A stretch of 63,722 bases of DNA from the NCBI GenBank assembly GCA_024704765.1, contig JAKMXF010000036.1:1-63722 (forward strand), written 5' to 3'. Shown here one piece after another: positions 1 to 11,618 of the stretch. A program made the position numbers and the translations under genes. The stretch is from Oopsacas minuta (taxonomy: Eukaryota > Animalia > Porifera). The number at the start of each line of letters is the position of its first letter. Positions within the stretch are counted from its first letter, which is position 1. The notes beneath the pieces were generated by a model that was given only the letters and a program-made list of their open reading frames with translations, ran no database searches and was not told where the DNA came from.

Positions 1-214
1 ATTTCATCGTAACAAATCGTAACTAATTCCTATAAGCTACTTAAGTCTTAATTACATTTGGATATATGGTCTTTCTACCATCAACCAAGGTTGTTACTTA
101 GAAATATTCCAGGTTGCTAGTTGCCCTCCCACCTATTTGGCGACGTGAACCACATAGTTTTTCAAGTCTCACGGATCCAAATGTAGACTCACGTATTTGA
201 GCAAAATCCCAGTA
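1..214 (-). repeat. Left arm of window-terminal inverted repeat
   Basis: Reverse complement of 63509..63722 with 4 mismatches (positions 46, 100, 201, 209; all transitions). Similarity breaks down after 214 and runs right to the window edge. Confidence 0.97.
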
Positions 215-668
215 CTTCTGGTCGAATATTCGGCTAACTTCACACTCTACAGTAATTAAAAATAGACCAAAAGTGACAGCATATACGTACATATGGGCTC
301 AGAAATCTGCATAAATCATCTAATGATTTTTGTTTGCATATACGTATACAGATTAATTACGCTTTATAATTATAATACTGTAGGGAGGAAATTTAAAATT
401 AGCATCATAAGCTATGTTACCACCTAGCACATGTATGAAATTGGCTCAGCAAGATAGTCTTCATTCTAGCAACAAAGTGATAGCAGTCTAGAACAGTGAA
501 ATATCATTCATCACAGCCAATACACACCCAAATATATAACCGTACATCTGTTCAAACAATATATTCCATGCCCTATGGGCAAGTAATATGTAACAGCTAT
601 AAACTGCAACTATTCGGGAGAATATAATGTTAACCTTTGTTATTGTGTCAAAAATGGAAATAATTTAA

Positions 669-959
669 TCATGTTTTGAACACTTCAAGTGGTTCAGCAT
701 GAACATACGTCAAATCAATAGCATTATCAATATCCATATCGAGCTCTCCAATAAGAGCAACGTTATCTCCTCTGATCACATATAGGCCCAGTGAGACTTC
801 TTCCACTCCTACATTATGCGAGTACACTCTCTCTACAGTATTCACTAACACTATATTTATGACTTGATCGTATGCCTTGAGATTGCCTGTAATCATTCTA
901 CCATCTCCAGTTATAACAGCTACTTTCTTGTCAGCAAAGGGTTCCAAAGATGCAGCCAT
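669..959 (-). CDS. LSM8: U6 snRNA-associated Sm-like protein LSm8
   Basis: 96 aa intronless ORF with Sm1 (VAVITGDGRMITGNLKAYDQVINIVL) and Sm2 (LGLYVIRGDNVALIGE) motifs and the LSm8-type acidic C-terminus. Confidence 0.95.
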   Translation of the reverse strand: MAASLEPFADKKVAVITGDGRMITGNLKAYDQVINIVLVNTVERVYSHNVGVEEVSLGLYVIRGDNVALIGELDMDIDNAIDLTYVHAEPLEVFKT

Positions 960-1317
960 GAAACAAGAATTGCTTTGTCAATAGATTGGCTAGAAAATCT
1001 CTTTGTATTTCACCTTTTTCAGAAATGCACACTAACTATATGTTTAATAAAAATGTAATCGGAAATATACGAATTAGTAAAAATTGTCCAATCAACAGAC
1101 CAGGAGTACTACTCGGGGTAGAATTTCAGATATCATTTGGTGTGAAAATAATAATCATATAATAAAAATATACTAATAATATTCAAATCTCTTTACGCCA
1201 TGACTATTAGCAAATACAAATCATGGGATTATTCGGAGAGAGACACTTGCGTACAGAGATATTTGTGTATAAGACAAGTGCACAATTTTGGTGCGACATT
1301 GTGTACAAAGACAAATA

Positions 1318-1966
1318 TGTACAGATTTTCTGTATAGAAATCAGTCTAAGGTTACAGCTCCCTTTTAACTCAGCGAACTACACACCAGTAGAATCTTTCA
1401 TTTGTAATAATAAATAGAATTTCTCTTGTACAGATATACAGTCAAGATCCATTATCTCGAACCCTCAGAGGAAATCAAATTCTGTTCGAGATATCGAATG
1501 TTGAATGTAGTACAAGTATATTCTTTGTTTTAGTAAAAATATGCTTTACTAAACAGAATTCAAGAAAGACTCAAGTTTTAATTGAACCCTAAGCCCAAAT
1601 TAAGAAGATTCTTAATCTAATAGGAAAGTTCAAATTCATTTTTACAATTGATTCAATTAATTAAAAGGGTTTGTCTAACGGGTGATGATCACCATTTTAC
1701 ATTAGTTTAATAGGAGAGGTGAGTATCCAGGATTCTTTGCAAAGCGAAAGCGACCTTTAGATGTTGTATAGGGTATTTCAATACTTATTGGTGTTCATTG
1801 ATTGGAACGATCAGGTTTGAGGTAATGGATGTTGAGTGTACATGTGTACAAGAAGAGAAATTCTATTTATTATCGCAATGAAAGATTCTACTGATGTGCA
1901 GTTCGCCGAGTTAAAGGGAACTGTAACTTTAGACTGATTTCTAAGTAATTACCCAGAAAATCTGTA
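1318..1966. repeat. Diverged inverted repeat pair (old MITE/foldback-like)
   Basis: 1336..1431 (agaaatcagtctaaggttacag...ttctcttgtac) matches the reverse complement of 1846..1942, with weaker extension to about 1318/1966. Confidence 0.8.
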
Positions 1967-2100
1967 CACAAGTGTCGTACTTCCGGGATTATTACGTCAT
2001 CATAAGTGCAAAAAATTGTTCATTCGGTAATAGTTATATGAAAATTCACCACAATGAAAAGATTCTAGAAATATATACATAGAATGAATTCAGACGAAAT

Positions 2101-2346
2101 TCAGAGAGCTAATAGGTTAGATTCCTTCTTCGTGTTAGCTACAATGATTCTATTTTGTCTATCAATAGCTACTCCAGAAGTTTTATCAAACTTCTGATCT
2201 CCTGGTAGCAGATCACTTGTGATAATGTGTATTAGTTCTCCTGAGTTGGAGAATATCTTGATTTGATTTTCATAACAATCAGATACGATATGATTCCCTA
2301 ATGTATCAATTGAGAAAAAGTAACTAATATCACCTGCTGATATCAA
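2101..2346 (-). pseudogene. NHL-repeat beta-propeller fragment
   Basis: FSIDTLGNHIVSDCYENQIKIFSNSG...GVAIDRQNRIIVAN is a typical NHL C-terminus. No ATG start and no upstream continuation found. Confidence 0.7.
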
Positions 2347-2399
2347 ACATCAGATTAACCCTCATTCGACATGAAGCTAAATAGACTCAATATGGAGTA

Positions 2400-3480
2400 T
2401 GCGATAGCTAAAGATGAGTTGGAAACCAGGAATGCAGATGAGAAGAAGAGAAATGCAAAGAGATGAAGGATTGGTATGCAGATGATGTTGAGGAGCATGT
2501 GACTTTCAGATTCAATGAACTATCTTTCCTGTACAGAGACGCTAGGTCACTAAAATATGTCGTCAGGAAGAATAAGGAGGATAAATATTTGAAGGAAATA
2601 TACGATATAATACTCAGAGTTATCCGTCACTATTACGACAACAGAATAGACATCCTTCATTTGCCATCATCACTCTTAACTATCTCCACCTAAAGAATAG
2701 AGGAACATCCCTATAACATCTGGTGTGATAGAGGTGGAGAAGATGTTATCCAATTAGATACACCAGTTGGTGTAATTGTGATTAAGAATAACGTAATAGT
2801 AGCGGATAGATACGGTAATACAGTCTCACTCTACAGAGCTATTGATCTCGCAGGTAGATATTCGTATCATGATACTCATTTAGCTACTACTCCTGTTTCA
2901 TTGACCTACTTCAACCCGTCCGTTAACATGGATAGATAGTAGAATTATATCTGGCATGAAAAGTGAACATACTATCTCAATACCACAGGCATGTTGTACT
3001 TCCTCTAACAGTAAGCATTTGTATGTGGAGACTCTCAAGCCCTGTCATCCGTATGCAGGTAGATCCTCTTCGTATAGAACATGAATACCCACTCAATACC
3101 ATCCTGCATACTAAGTTACCAAACAGGTATCCATGGCTACAGGACATGAAGGCTACTATTAATTGTGTTGTCTGTCTCTTTAGGTGATCTCCCTCTCCTC
3201 TTCAAGCATTCTCTCTACAAGGAGAACTGATAGAGTCCATACTCACAGAGGATCAGATGGTAAGAGCATACCACTTCAACCTTCTATAATCCTATCACAC
3301 ATGAATAGAGAAATACATATGCTATTCTGGGACAATTCTATCAAGGTTTTCGACTTGGGAGGAAAATTTATAGAACAGTTGTGAGACAGGACATGGACTG
3401 TGTCAAATATTCCGTCCCACTTGCATATTCATAGAAGGATCTGGCTATATTACAGTTGGTGACATGAAGGTGGACAATTG
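2400..3480 (+). pseudogene. Degenerate NHL-repeat family gene
   Basis: Fragmented frames (e.g. QLDTPVGVIVIKNNVIVADRYGNTVSLY; HMLFWDNSIKVFDLGGKFIEQL) interrupted by stops and frameshifts. Boundaries approximate. Confidence 0.55.
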
Positions 3481-4069
3481 TCTACAGAGACTCTAAATCT
3501 CTAATCTCTCTATCCCCTTGTTTAAATGTATTTATTATTATTTGTTGTTTATTTCCCAATTATAATGATTAGTATATTTATACATTTATTAGCCTATCTA
3601 GGGTATTTACTAGGCAAAACTGGAAATGTCATGAAATTTCTGGATCCCTGTTAATGGTAAACTTGTTTCAGCTCCACATGATGTCTATCTAAGCATGCGG
3701 GCGGGTAGCATTCATGTCTCATTATCTTATGACGTTATCATTATACAAGGTGGCCAATTCATGAAAATATTTCAATGACTCTACTTGTAAATATGTTAAT
3801 TAAGCGTGTTAAAGGAGGTCTGGTGAAACCCCTTGGGTATGCACTAAAGTGGTATACAGTGTATGCCGGTTATAAGAACATGTATTGCTACTCCCAATGG
3901 TGTTCTTATATCCGGTATCTCTATATTTATATACTATTTAGCATGAGATCTCATACACAAACATCAATCAGCTGATCAGTCTAGCCCTCTCTTGCATTAC
4001 AGTAGGTAATAGATATACATCTGATCATGTAGCCGGTTATAGAGTAGAATTACAAATTTTAACCCCATA

Positions 4070-5381
4070 CAGGGTGTCTAATAAGTTCTGTTATATATCA
4101 ATTCCCCAATAATTTCAAATTTATCCATTGTAAAGCCATGAAACTTTCTATTTTCCTAGGACTTATGTTCCTAATTACAAATTACAAATATCATTCAATA
4201 TAGCCTCCCTTTTTATGAATTACGGAAGTTAGTCTGCTCCGAAACTGATGGACAGCTTTTCGCAGCTCCTCCTGTGGGATTTTCTGCCATTCACTCAACA
4301 AACTAACTTTGAGGGACTCCAAACTCTTGTGAGATTTCGCACAGGCCCTGCTCTCCAAGTTTGCCCAAACAGAATAGTCGAGTGGATTTAAATCTGGGCT
4401 TGATGGTGGCCATTCATCCTTACTTATGAAATCGATATTTTGCTCACGGAACCAACTCTGGGATACTTTTGAAGCATGTGCAGGCGCAGAGTCTTGTTAG
4501 TAAGTCCAAGGATGGTTTTGAAAGAGCTTCTCACCCGCAGACGCGATTTCAGGCTCCAAGACCAGTTCTCTGTACGTCTGGGAGTTTATTTTCACTCCTT
4601 GGGGGACAAAAATCAGGTTTGTCCGTGAGTCTGCCGACACTCCCGCCCATACCATCAGAGAAAGAGGCTTCTGGACTCTATCAATGTACTTGATGCTATC
4701 TGGGATATCCTGACTTCGAGAAGCAAGTATACGGTCGTTTTGACGATTGCTTGCCTCCTCAACGGTGAACAGCTTCTCATCTGAGAAGAGAATCTGATCT
4801 TCAGTCCCAGGAGCGAATCGGGCTTTTAGTTGTATGCATCTTTCGAGTCGCTTACGACGTATGGAGTCGTTAAGATGGTGTACGTTTTTCCGCTTATAGG
4901 ACTTCATTCCTAGGTCCTCTACAACCAATTTCCGCATCGTTTCGTGATTGACACAGAATTCACGAGACATTTTTCGCATTGAACGCCGGGGATTTCTTAG
5001 GATTCGACATCTAACACTATTCTTCAGGGCTGGTGTGCGGGCGGATCTTGGACGACCAATTCGTTTCCTGTCGGACACGCTGCCAGTCTCTATATATCGT
5101 TTTATTGTGCGATAGATCAACATGGGACTCACTTTATCATTTTTTAGCCTTTTTAGAATTTCACTATTGCTAAATCCAGATTCGTGAAAAGTGACAATTT
5201 TTGAACGAATTTCTTCTAACATGATTTTCTGGGAAATCATCAACTTGAATGATATATACTTGGTATAATTTGAAAGAGCGCCAAAAATGCTACAAGAAAT
5301 TCTAGAAGATTACTTCATAAGTATATTAATAGCTACTGTCTAAGGCGCGAAAATGTATAACAGAACTTATTAGACACCCTG
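4070..5381 (-). mobile_element. Tc1/mariner superfamily, maT (DD37D) element, full length
   Basis: Perfect 26-bp TIR CAGGGTGTCTAATAAGTTCTGTTATA at 4070..4095 and 5356..5381, flanked by TA on both sides; 1312 bp. Confidence 0.95.
4191..5243 (-). pseudogene. maT DD37D transposase with one premature stop
   Basis: HTH region, FSDEK, then WTY*QDSAPAH (TAA at 4497..4499 where CAA is expected). The frame continues to SPDLNPLDYSVW...KKGGYIE* at 4191, with 37 residues between D2 and D3. Confidence 0.93.
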
Positions 5382-5975
5382 TATATATATATTCCGGTAT
5401 GTATTCCTCTCATATTATATAAGTGAATAATTCAGCGTTCAGATTTTACCCTGAAATCTTAGAAAAGAGAGTCAGAACAGTATTAAAGAAGAAGGAATTC
5501 TTTCACTGGTAGAGAAGGTATGGAAGAGAGTGAATTCTATTCTGCTAATGAATTGCTAGAATATATAATTAAATTCTAGATTACCAATCGTTATTCAACC
5601 TTCAGATATAGGTGAAAATTGACTGAAATAAAATTTATTTATGCATAATGTATGTATTTACCAAATGTTCTATAATATGATTTGGCGAAACTTGGCTACT
5701 TGTGGCCCATGAGCTCAATGACCAATTTGACGATAGTTGACCAACATGACCAAACAGCCCGGCTTCAGTTTGGTGTGTTCATAACAGAATTTTTATATAA
5801 CGTGTGGCTATAGCAGTATAGCCCATGGGTGTTAGAAGCCCTACTCTATATTTACTGCATATGCCATTCTATAAAATATATAATATTATTTCGTATCTAT
5901 CATCATTCAACTGTAAATAAAAAGCGATCTCGGGAATATCAAATACAAATTGTACGACAAATAAAGTATAACTAT

Positions 5976-8045
5976 CTAATGGTGTTTGATAATCTTATCA
6001 ATAGCATTATCTACTTTAGAAGGTAATGTAACCACAAGATCTACCTCATCATTGACTACCCCTGATATAGTATCATATGCTTCTTGAGCGCCTGACCAGC
6101 TTCTACGTGCTAATCCATTACACACATCCCAGAATAACATATCTCTAACTCTCTCATCAGCTGACTCACTTCCATCCAACAACATACCAAAACCTCCATT
6201 CATGACCTCTCCCCAACCAACTCCACCTCCGTTATGTAGACTCACCCATGTAGCGCCTCTCACTGCACAGCCTATAGCATTCTGTACAGCCATATCAGCA
6301 CAGAACCTGGACCCATCGTATATGTTACTTGTCTCTCTAAATGGGCTGTCCGTACCTCCAACGTCGTGATGGTCTCGACTCAGCACAACGGGGCCTTTCA
6401 GACGACCAGTTCGTATGGCTTCATTGAATGCTAGAGCTATTGAAACACGGCCTCGTTCATCCGAGTACAGAATCCGAGCTTTGGATCCGACTACCAACTC
6501 GTGCTTACCTGCTTCTTGTATCCACTTTAAATTGTCTGTGTATTGTTGCTGTTTAGCTTTACCGAGTTTTCCTGAGGACAGAGACTCGCTCAGAACACTA
6601 GCAGCTATCTGGTCGGTAGTAGTGAGGTCCTCTGAGAGACAGGAGCAACACACCCATCTGAAAGGACCGAATCCTAACGAGAATATTGTCCCCATAATGT
6701 CTTGTACATAGCTCACATACCTGAACTCAGAATGACCTGAGAAGTTAGATTCTTGACATGTCCCGTCTCCTGACTTGACATCTGCTCCACACCTGCCTGC
6801 CTCCAACAGAAATCCATTCCCGTAGTCCCAAAAAAACAATCCAGCTCCAGCTGACAGCTTATTGACAGCTGACACATGTCGTTTTAAACTCTCCTGTACT
6901 TTATCTCTAAACAATATCTCATCACTAGACAACAAGGTCAATGCCTCCTGCTCAGTGTACCCCACAGGGATATACCCACCCCCATACGGATTGTGCAGAC
7001 TAGTTTGATCTGACCCCAAAGAGACACGACACTTACCAGTCGATTCAAACTCCTGAACAAAGAATTCCCACAAATCAACAACATTACCATGGTAACCAAT
7101 ACTTACAGCGGAATGTTTTAGAATAGCAGTGTTTATCATTTCACTCAACTTACTCAGATCACCTGTCCACATAGTTAGCCAGCCTTGTGTGTGTCTCTTC
7201 TCGATAGCAGCCCTACTGACCTCTGCTATCACACCTACACACCCACATATAACAGCTGCTTTAGCCTGAGCACCACTCATACCTCCTAGCCCACTACTGA
7301 GGAACACACATCCTGACAGGTCCCCACTGTTCAGATGCTTCCTAGCAGCATTCAGGATAGTGAGAGTGGTACCATGGACGATCCCCTGTGGTCCTATATA
7401 GGCATAACTTCCTGCAGTCATCTGTCCGTACATGGTTACTCCGAGTGCAAACATTTTCTCATAACTCTGTTTACTAGAGTAGTTAGGTATAACCATACCG
7501 TTAGTTATTACGAGACGGGGTGAGTGAGGGGTGCTAGGGAATAGTCCCATCGGGTGTCCGGAGTACATGGAGAGAGTCTGCTTTTCTGTTAGTCTGGATA
7601 AATAATGCATTGTGAGGTAGAATTGAGCCCAGTTGGAGAATACCTGACCATTGCCTCCGTATGTAACTAGTTCATGAGGATATTGTGCTACCCGTGGATC
7701 CAGATTGTTCATAATCATCAGCATGATAGCAGCAGCAGCTTGTATCTGGCACGGATAGTAGGATATAGGGTATGCTCTTATGTCTATTGAGGGTACCAGT
7801 CTGTACATGTAGATGTGTCCATGGTCTCTAAGTTCGTCTGAGAATTCTGTTGCTAATGTAGAGTGTAGGTTAGTTGGGAAGTATTTGAGAGCGTTTTTGA
7901 CGGAGAGAACGAATTCTTGTGGGGTCAGGTTTGGTTTACGAGTGGGTGCGTGAGGAACAGATGGGTCTCTTTTCTTGAGAGGAGGGAGGGGAGACATGGG
8001 AATACCGGAACAAAGAATGGACAGATCAGATTTTATAGATTCCAT
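5976..8045 (-). CDS. UROC1: Urocanate hydratase (eukaryotic long form)
   Basis: 689 aa intronless ORF with TYGGNGQVFSNWAQ, GQMTAGS, GLGGMSGAQ, SRDHHDVGGTDSPFRETSNIYDGS and HNGGGVGWG motifs. Confidence 0.97.
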   Translation of the reverse strand: MESIKSDLSILCSGIPMSPLPPLKKRDPSVPHAPTRKPNLTPQEFVLSVKNALKYFPTNLHSTLATEFSDELRDHGHIYMYRLVPSIDIRAYPISYYPCQIQAAAAIMLMIMNNLDPRVAQYPHELVTYGGNGQVFSNWAQFYLTMHYLSRLTEKQTLSMYSGHPMGLFPSTPHSPRLVITNGMVIPNYSSKQSYEKMFALGVTMYGQMTAGSYAYIGPQGIVHGTTLTILNAARKHLNSGDLSGCVFLSSGLGGMSGAQAKAAVICGCVGVIAEVSRAAIEKRHTQGWLTMWTGDLSKLSEMINTAILKHSAVSIGYHGNVVDLWEFFVQEFESTGKCRVSLGSDQTSLHNPYGGGYIPVGYTEQEALTLLSSDEILFRDKVQESLKRHVSAVNKLSAGAGLFFWDYGNGFLLEAGRCGADVKSGDGTCQESNFSGHSEFRYVSYVQDIMGTIFSLGFGPFRWVCCSCLSEDLTTTDQIAASVLSESLSSGKLGKAKQQQYTDNLKWIQEAGKHELVVGSKARILYSDERGRVSIALAFNEAIRTGRLKGPVVLSRDHHDVGGTDSPFRETSNIYDGSRFCADMAVQNAIGCAVRGATWVSLHNGGGVGWGEVMNGGFGMLLDGSESADERVRDMLFWDVCNGLARRSWSGAQEAYDTISGVVNDEVDLVVTLPSKVDNAIDKIIKHH

Positions 8046-8145
8046 CTAGCCTCAATCTAATTGAAATTCTATATAATAACTGAGTGTATTCTAAAAATAT
8101 TACAAAAATAAGAATTGTACTAATTTGATCTAAAAAGGATAATTT

Positions 8146-9957
8146 CTATTTCCTATTCTTTCCATTCTTTTCTCTACGACGTTTCAGGTGCTTTGGCATT
8201 TTGTGCTTCCTTTTCTCTCTCTGTTCTTCCTTTATAGCCTTCTTACAAGCCTTCCATTCCTCTCTACTCATATTGTCTCTAGGATGGTTACCATGTGATT
8301 TCCTATCTCGTATCTCTTCAATACTTTCAGGTTCAGATTCACTATTTAGTTCCGAACAAGACTCGCTGTTAGATACGTGTACTTGAGCTCCTGATAAATC
8401 TTGTTTCAGACCAGTGACCAGAGGGTAGAACAAGTCTCTGTTCTCATCAACAGTTCTTGCTGTATCTTTTTCATAATGAACTACTTCTTGGAGAGTTCTT
8501 GGTATGTGAGCTACTTTGAATACTTCCTCATCTATCTAGAAAATTTGAGATATATAACGTATATGATCGGGGAAATGGCCCATCGGAAATTAGGATATTG
8601 ACAGAGTCTTAGAAAATACGAAAAATTTTCCATAGAGAACATTTATCCGAAAGAACAAATATATTCCTTCCACAAACTATTGCTAAAAAGGAAAATCTAT
8701 GTTATTAAACCGCCCGCGTTTATTCTTGCCGTCAAGAGAATCCCCAAGGGCTTATTCAAAAGTGATTTTGTGTGAATATAGTATGATGCACTGTATACCT
8801 AATACACTTACCATTTCTTCATTAGAAATCCCTTTCTCGATCTTCTCAGCAGTTCTCTCCATTGCAGCTTCAAAGTACTCCTCAACATCTTCCTCTTTGA
8901 TAAGCAAATTAGTGATAAGACCAAACAATTCCTTCACACTCATAACCATAGCATTATTCTTACTGAAGAATTTACTAATATTATAACAATCATTCCTCAA
9001 GAATAGCAGAGCGTTAGGATGGTCATGCTCTACAGCCTGTGAGACGTCAATCAACACCAGGTGGTGGTGCTGGTATAGGATATTATACTCAGAGAGATCA
9101 GCATGCACTAATCTAGCTTTATTATAAAGCGACCACATCATTAATACACATTCTCTATAGAGATCAGCTGCTGTCTCTTGAGTGAGAATTGCATCTTTTA
9201 GCTTTATAGCAGAGTTACCATTGTCTTCATCAATGTGCTCCATTATTAGTACGTGGCTACGGAGTAGGTAGGGAGCTGGACAAGGAATACTAGCTTGTTT
9301 TATACGCGTCAAATTCCGCATTTCTTTCTCCGCCCACAATCGCACCATCTTCCTGGGATTGTGTTTACAATAACCTCTTCTAAATCTGAATTCACCTGTC
9401 ACATACCTATCTCTATCTTTAAATGTCAAGATAGAAGTCTTGTAAACCTTGATAGCAATATCTCCAGGTTCTCCTGTTGCGTGATACACATTAGCTTCTT
9501 TCCCAGTTGAAATACAACCATTGATCTCTGTGAGATAACCTTTGTTCAGTAGTTTGAATAGGATTATTCTAGTCCTCGGATCTAGTACTTGTTCAATGGT
9601 AGCTCTATCGCTTTTATCCTTCTTTTTAACAATTCTCTCTTCTCTGTTACGTCGGTTGATAAGCATATTTGTAGTAGAATGAGGTAGGTTCTCTCCATCA
9701 TATAACTCTACATGAATACGTTTCGACATTCCTGCATACTTATTACTCCAGTGTTGTGTGTATTTATTTTGCTGGTGCTGTCGATAACTCTGATTAGGAG
9801 TATTTGGGTTAGATTTTAGTGTGTTGTAGGTCTTGGTTAGATCTGTTGATTTGCTTGATAGCGTGTGAAGACGTTCATATATGTCATCATTGTACTCATC
9901 TGTATCGTAATCTGAGTAGGAATCAGACTCACATTCATTCTCTGAAAGCGCATACAT
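8146..9957 (-). CDS. RIOK1: Serine/threonine kinase RIO1, 2 exons, ~511 aa
   Basis: complement(join(8146..8535,8812..9957)). Intron GTAAGT...TTTTCTAG joins EEM|IDEEVFKVAHIPRTL. Motifs STGKEANVY and VHADLSEYN; basic C-terminus KMPKHLKRRREK. Confidence 0.95.
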
Positions 9958-10406
9958 GAATAACTAGAAATATTAATTATTCAAGTTTCAGAAAATTATC
10001 CCGAAGAATTCCAGAACCTATTACGAATTAGATTATTATTTGCAGAATATAAATATACGTGTGCTAAAGCTGTGAATTATGGAAGCTTTGGACATGTTGG
10101 TATTTGATGTATAATAATAATAATTATTATTATTATAATTATAATTATAATTATTACGCTATTTAGGATAAAATAATCTCAAATGAGAATAATCGTTATT
10201 AGAATTTGTATTATGTAATACATCATTAATTTATTGGAAATTAGTATTCATTGAATTTAACTCGAAATAGATTTTTAGTTGAATATTACAAATTGAAAAG
10301 TTCAACGAAAATGTAAATTGGTTCTTTGACTAAGAATATCCTACAATAGCTCTTAGATTACTATATAACTATCAAATATAATCAAAAGAATATAGTAGTA
10401 TTCATA

Positions 10407-11555
10407 ATGGCTATAAAATTTGTATTCATTTTACAAGATATTCTCTATGGAATTTTCATGGTTGTACTCTTTTTATTCCAAACATATTATATCGGAGCTA
10501 CAATTAAACAATTCAGGAATCAATTGACAGAATTTATAAACACTCGCAAGTTAGATACATTTCAGATAAATACAATAGTCAAATACAAACTTTTGTATAA
10601 CCAAAAGACGATTCTCATCAAAAGTCTATTCATTATATTCATATTATCATATGAGATAGTAATATTTAGTTACGCAATTGTGGATCTTGCAGTTTTTAGC
10701 AAAAATATCAAACATCCTTATGTAATAGAAGAAGTACAAATGATTTCACTGAATTGTTCTGTACATCCGACCTTGGGATATTACTACCATTATCCGGCAT
10801 CTAGATTCTTACCTATAATTCTAGGAATAATGCTATGCAGCTTAATAACTCTCATTTCTATCCTCACTACATTTCTTAAGAAACGATACTATGTCCATTC
10901 GATTCGTACATCCTTGATAAGGTATGCTGTCTGTTGGTGCATTGAAGTAATTGTTCTATTAGCTTGTTGTACAGTATACACACTACCTCTTCTCTTTATA
11001 CTTGCTCCATCACTCGCATTCATCAACTGGGTATACTTCGTATATGAAAGTAAACAACTTGTTTACATTCTGAAAGCTAGAATAAGAGATATTGTGAATT
11101 ATGAATGGGATCGAATGCATTACAAAGAGAGCAGACATTCATATAAGATGTATGTTGTATTCAGTATTATCTACTCATTCGCCTTGCTGAATATGATTAT
11201 TGTATTAGCACTAGATTTAGCGAGACTATTTATTCGTCTTGTGTTACTAGATGAGTGCTATTTTCAAGTTGTTTACAAATACAAATTTGATTTACAACTT
11301 AGTCAAAATTCTATTCAAAAAGTATCCTATTGGACTCATAAATTCGAGTTATATATTTTACCTTTCATTTCCTACTTCTCGTTCAGTACAGTCTTATTTC
11401 CATTCATTGCAATTGTTGTCTGGAATACAATGACAGAATGTATAAAGAACAGAACAACTCCAATTCGTTACACTCCTGTATACGGAGGTTCCAATAGAGA
11501 TTACGGAAGATTAAGACTCAAGGCACATCGTAGGGAACCTTTATTCAGCTTCTGA
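10407..11555 (+). CDS. Lineage-specific multi-pass (about 7TM, GPCR-like topology) membrane protein, copy 1
   Basis: 382 aa intronless ORF with roughly 6-7 hydrophobic segments and an NCS sequon in a loop. No recognisable family motif. Confidence 0.8.
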   Translation: MAIKFVFILQDILYGIFMVVLFLFQTYYIGATIKQFRNQLTEFINTRKLDTFQINTIVKYKLLYNQKTILIKSLFIIFILSYEIVIFSYAIVDLAVFSKNIKHPYVIEEVQMISLNCSVHPTLGYYYHYPASRFLPIILGIMLCSLITLISILTTFLKKRYYVHSIRTSLIRYAVCWCIEVIVLLACCTVYTLPLLFILAPSLAFINWVYFVYESKQLVYILKARIRDIVNYEWDRMHYKESRHSYKMYVVFSIIYSFALLNMIIVLALDLARLFIRLVLLDECYFQVVYKYKFDLQLSQNSIQKVSYWTHKFELYILPFISYFSFSTVLFPFIAIVVWNTMTECIKNRTTPIRYTPVYGGSNRDYGRLRLKAHRREPLFSF

Positions 11556-11618
11556 ATTGTGTCTACTCAAGCTATACTATAAGACAAATCAGACTAATTA
11601 CGTTGTATATCAATAATA

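Noticed and set aside
98-292. 64-aa ORF overlapping the terminal repeat
   Set aside because: It starts outside the repeat at a non-ATG codon, has no homology signal, and its start is not conserved in the right arm.
8146-8433. 95-aa ORF as an independent gene
   Set aside because: It is part of exon 2 of RIOK1 (in-frame splice at 8535).
6415-8986. Short antisense ORFs over UROC1 and RIOK1 (and similar ones over SMNDC1, PRPF18, IMMP2L and the EGF genes)
   Set aside because: They are shadow frames of real coding sequence with no motifs.
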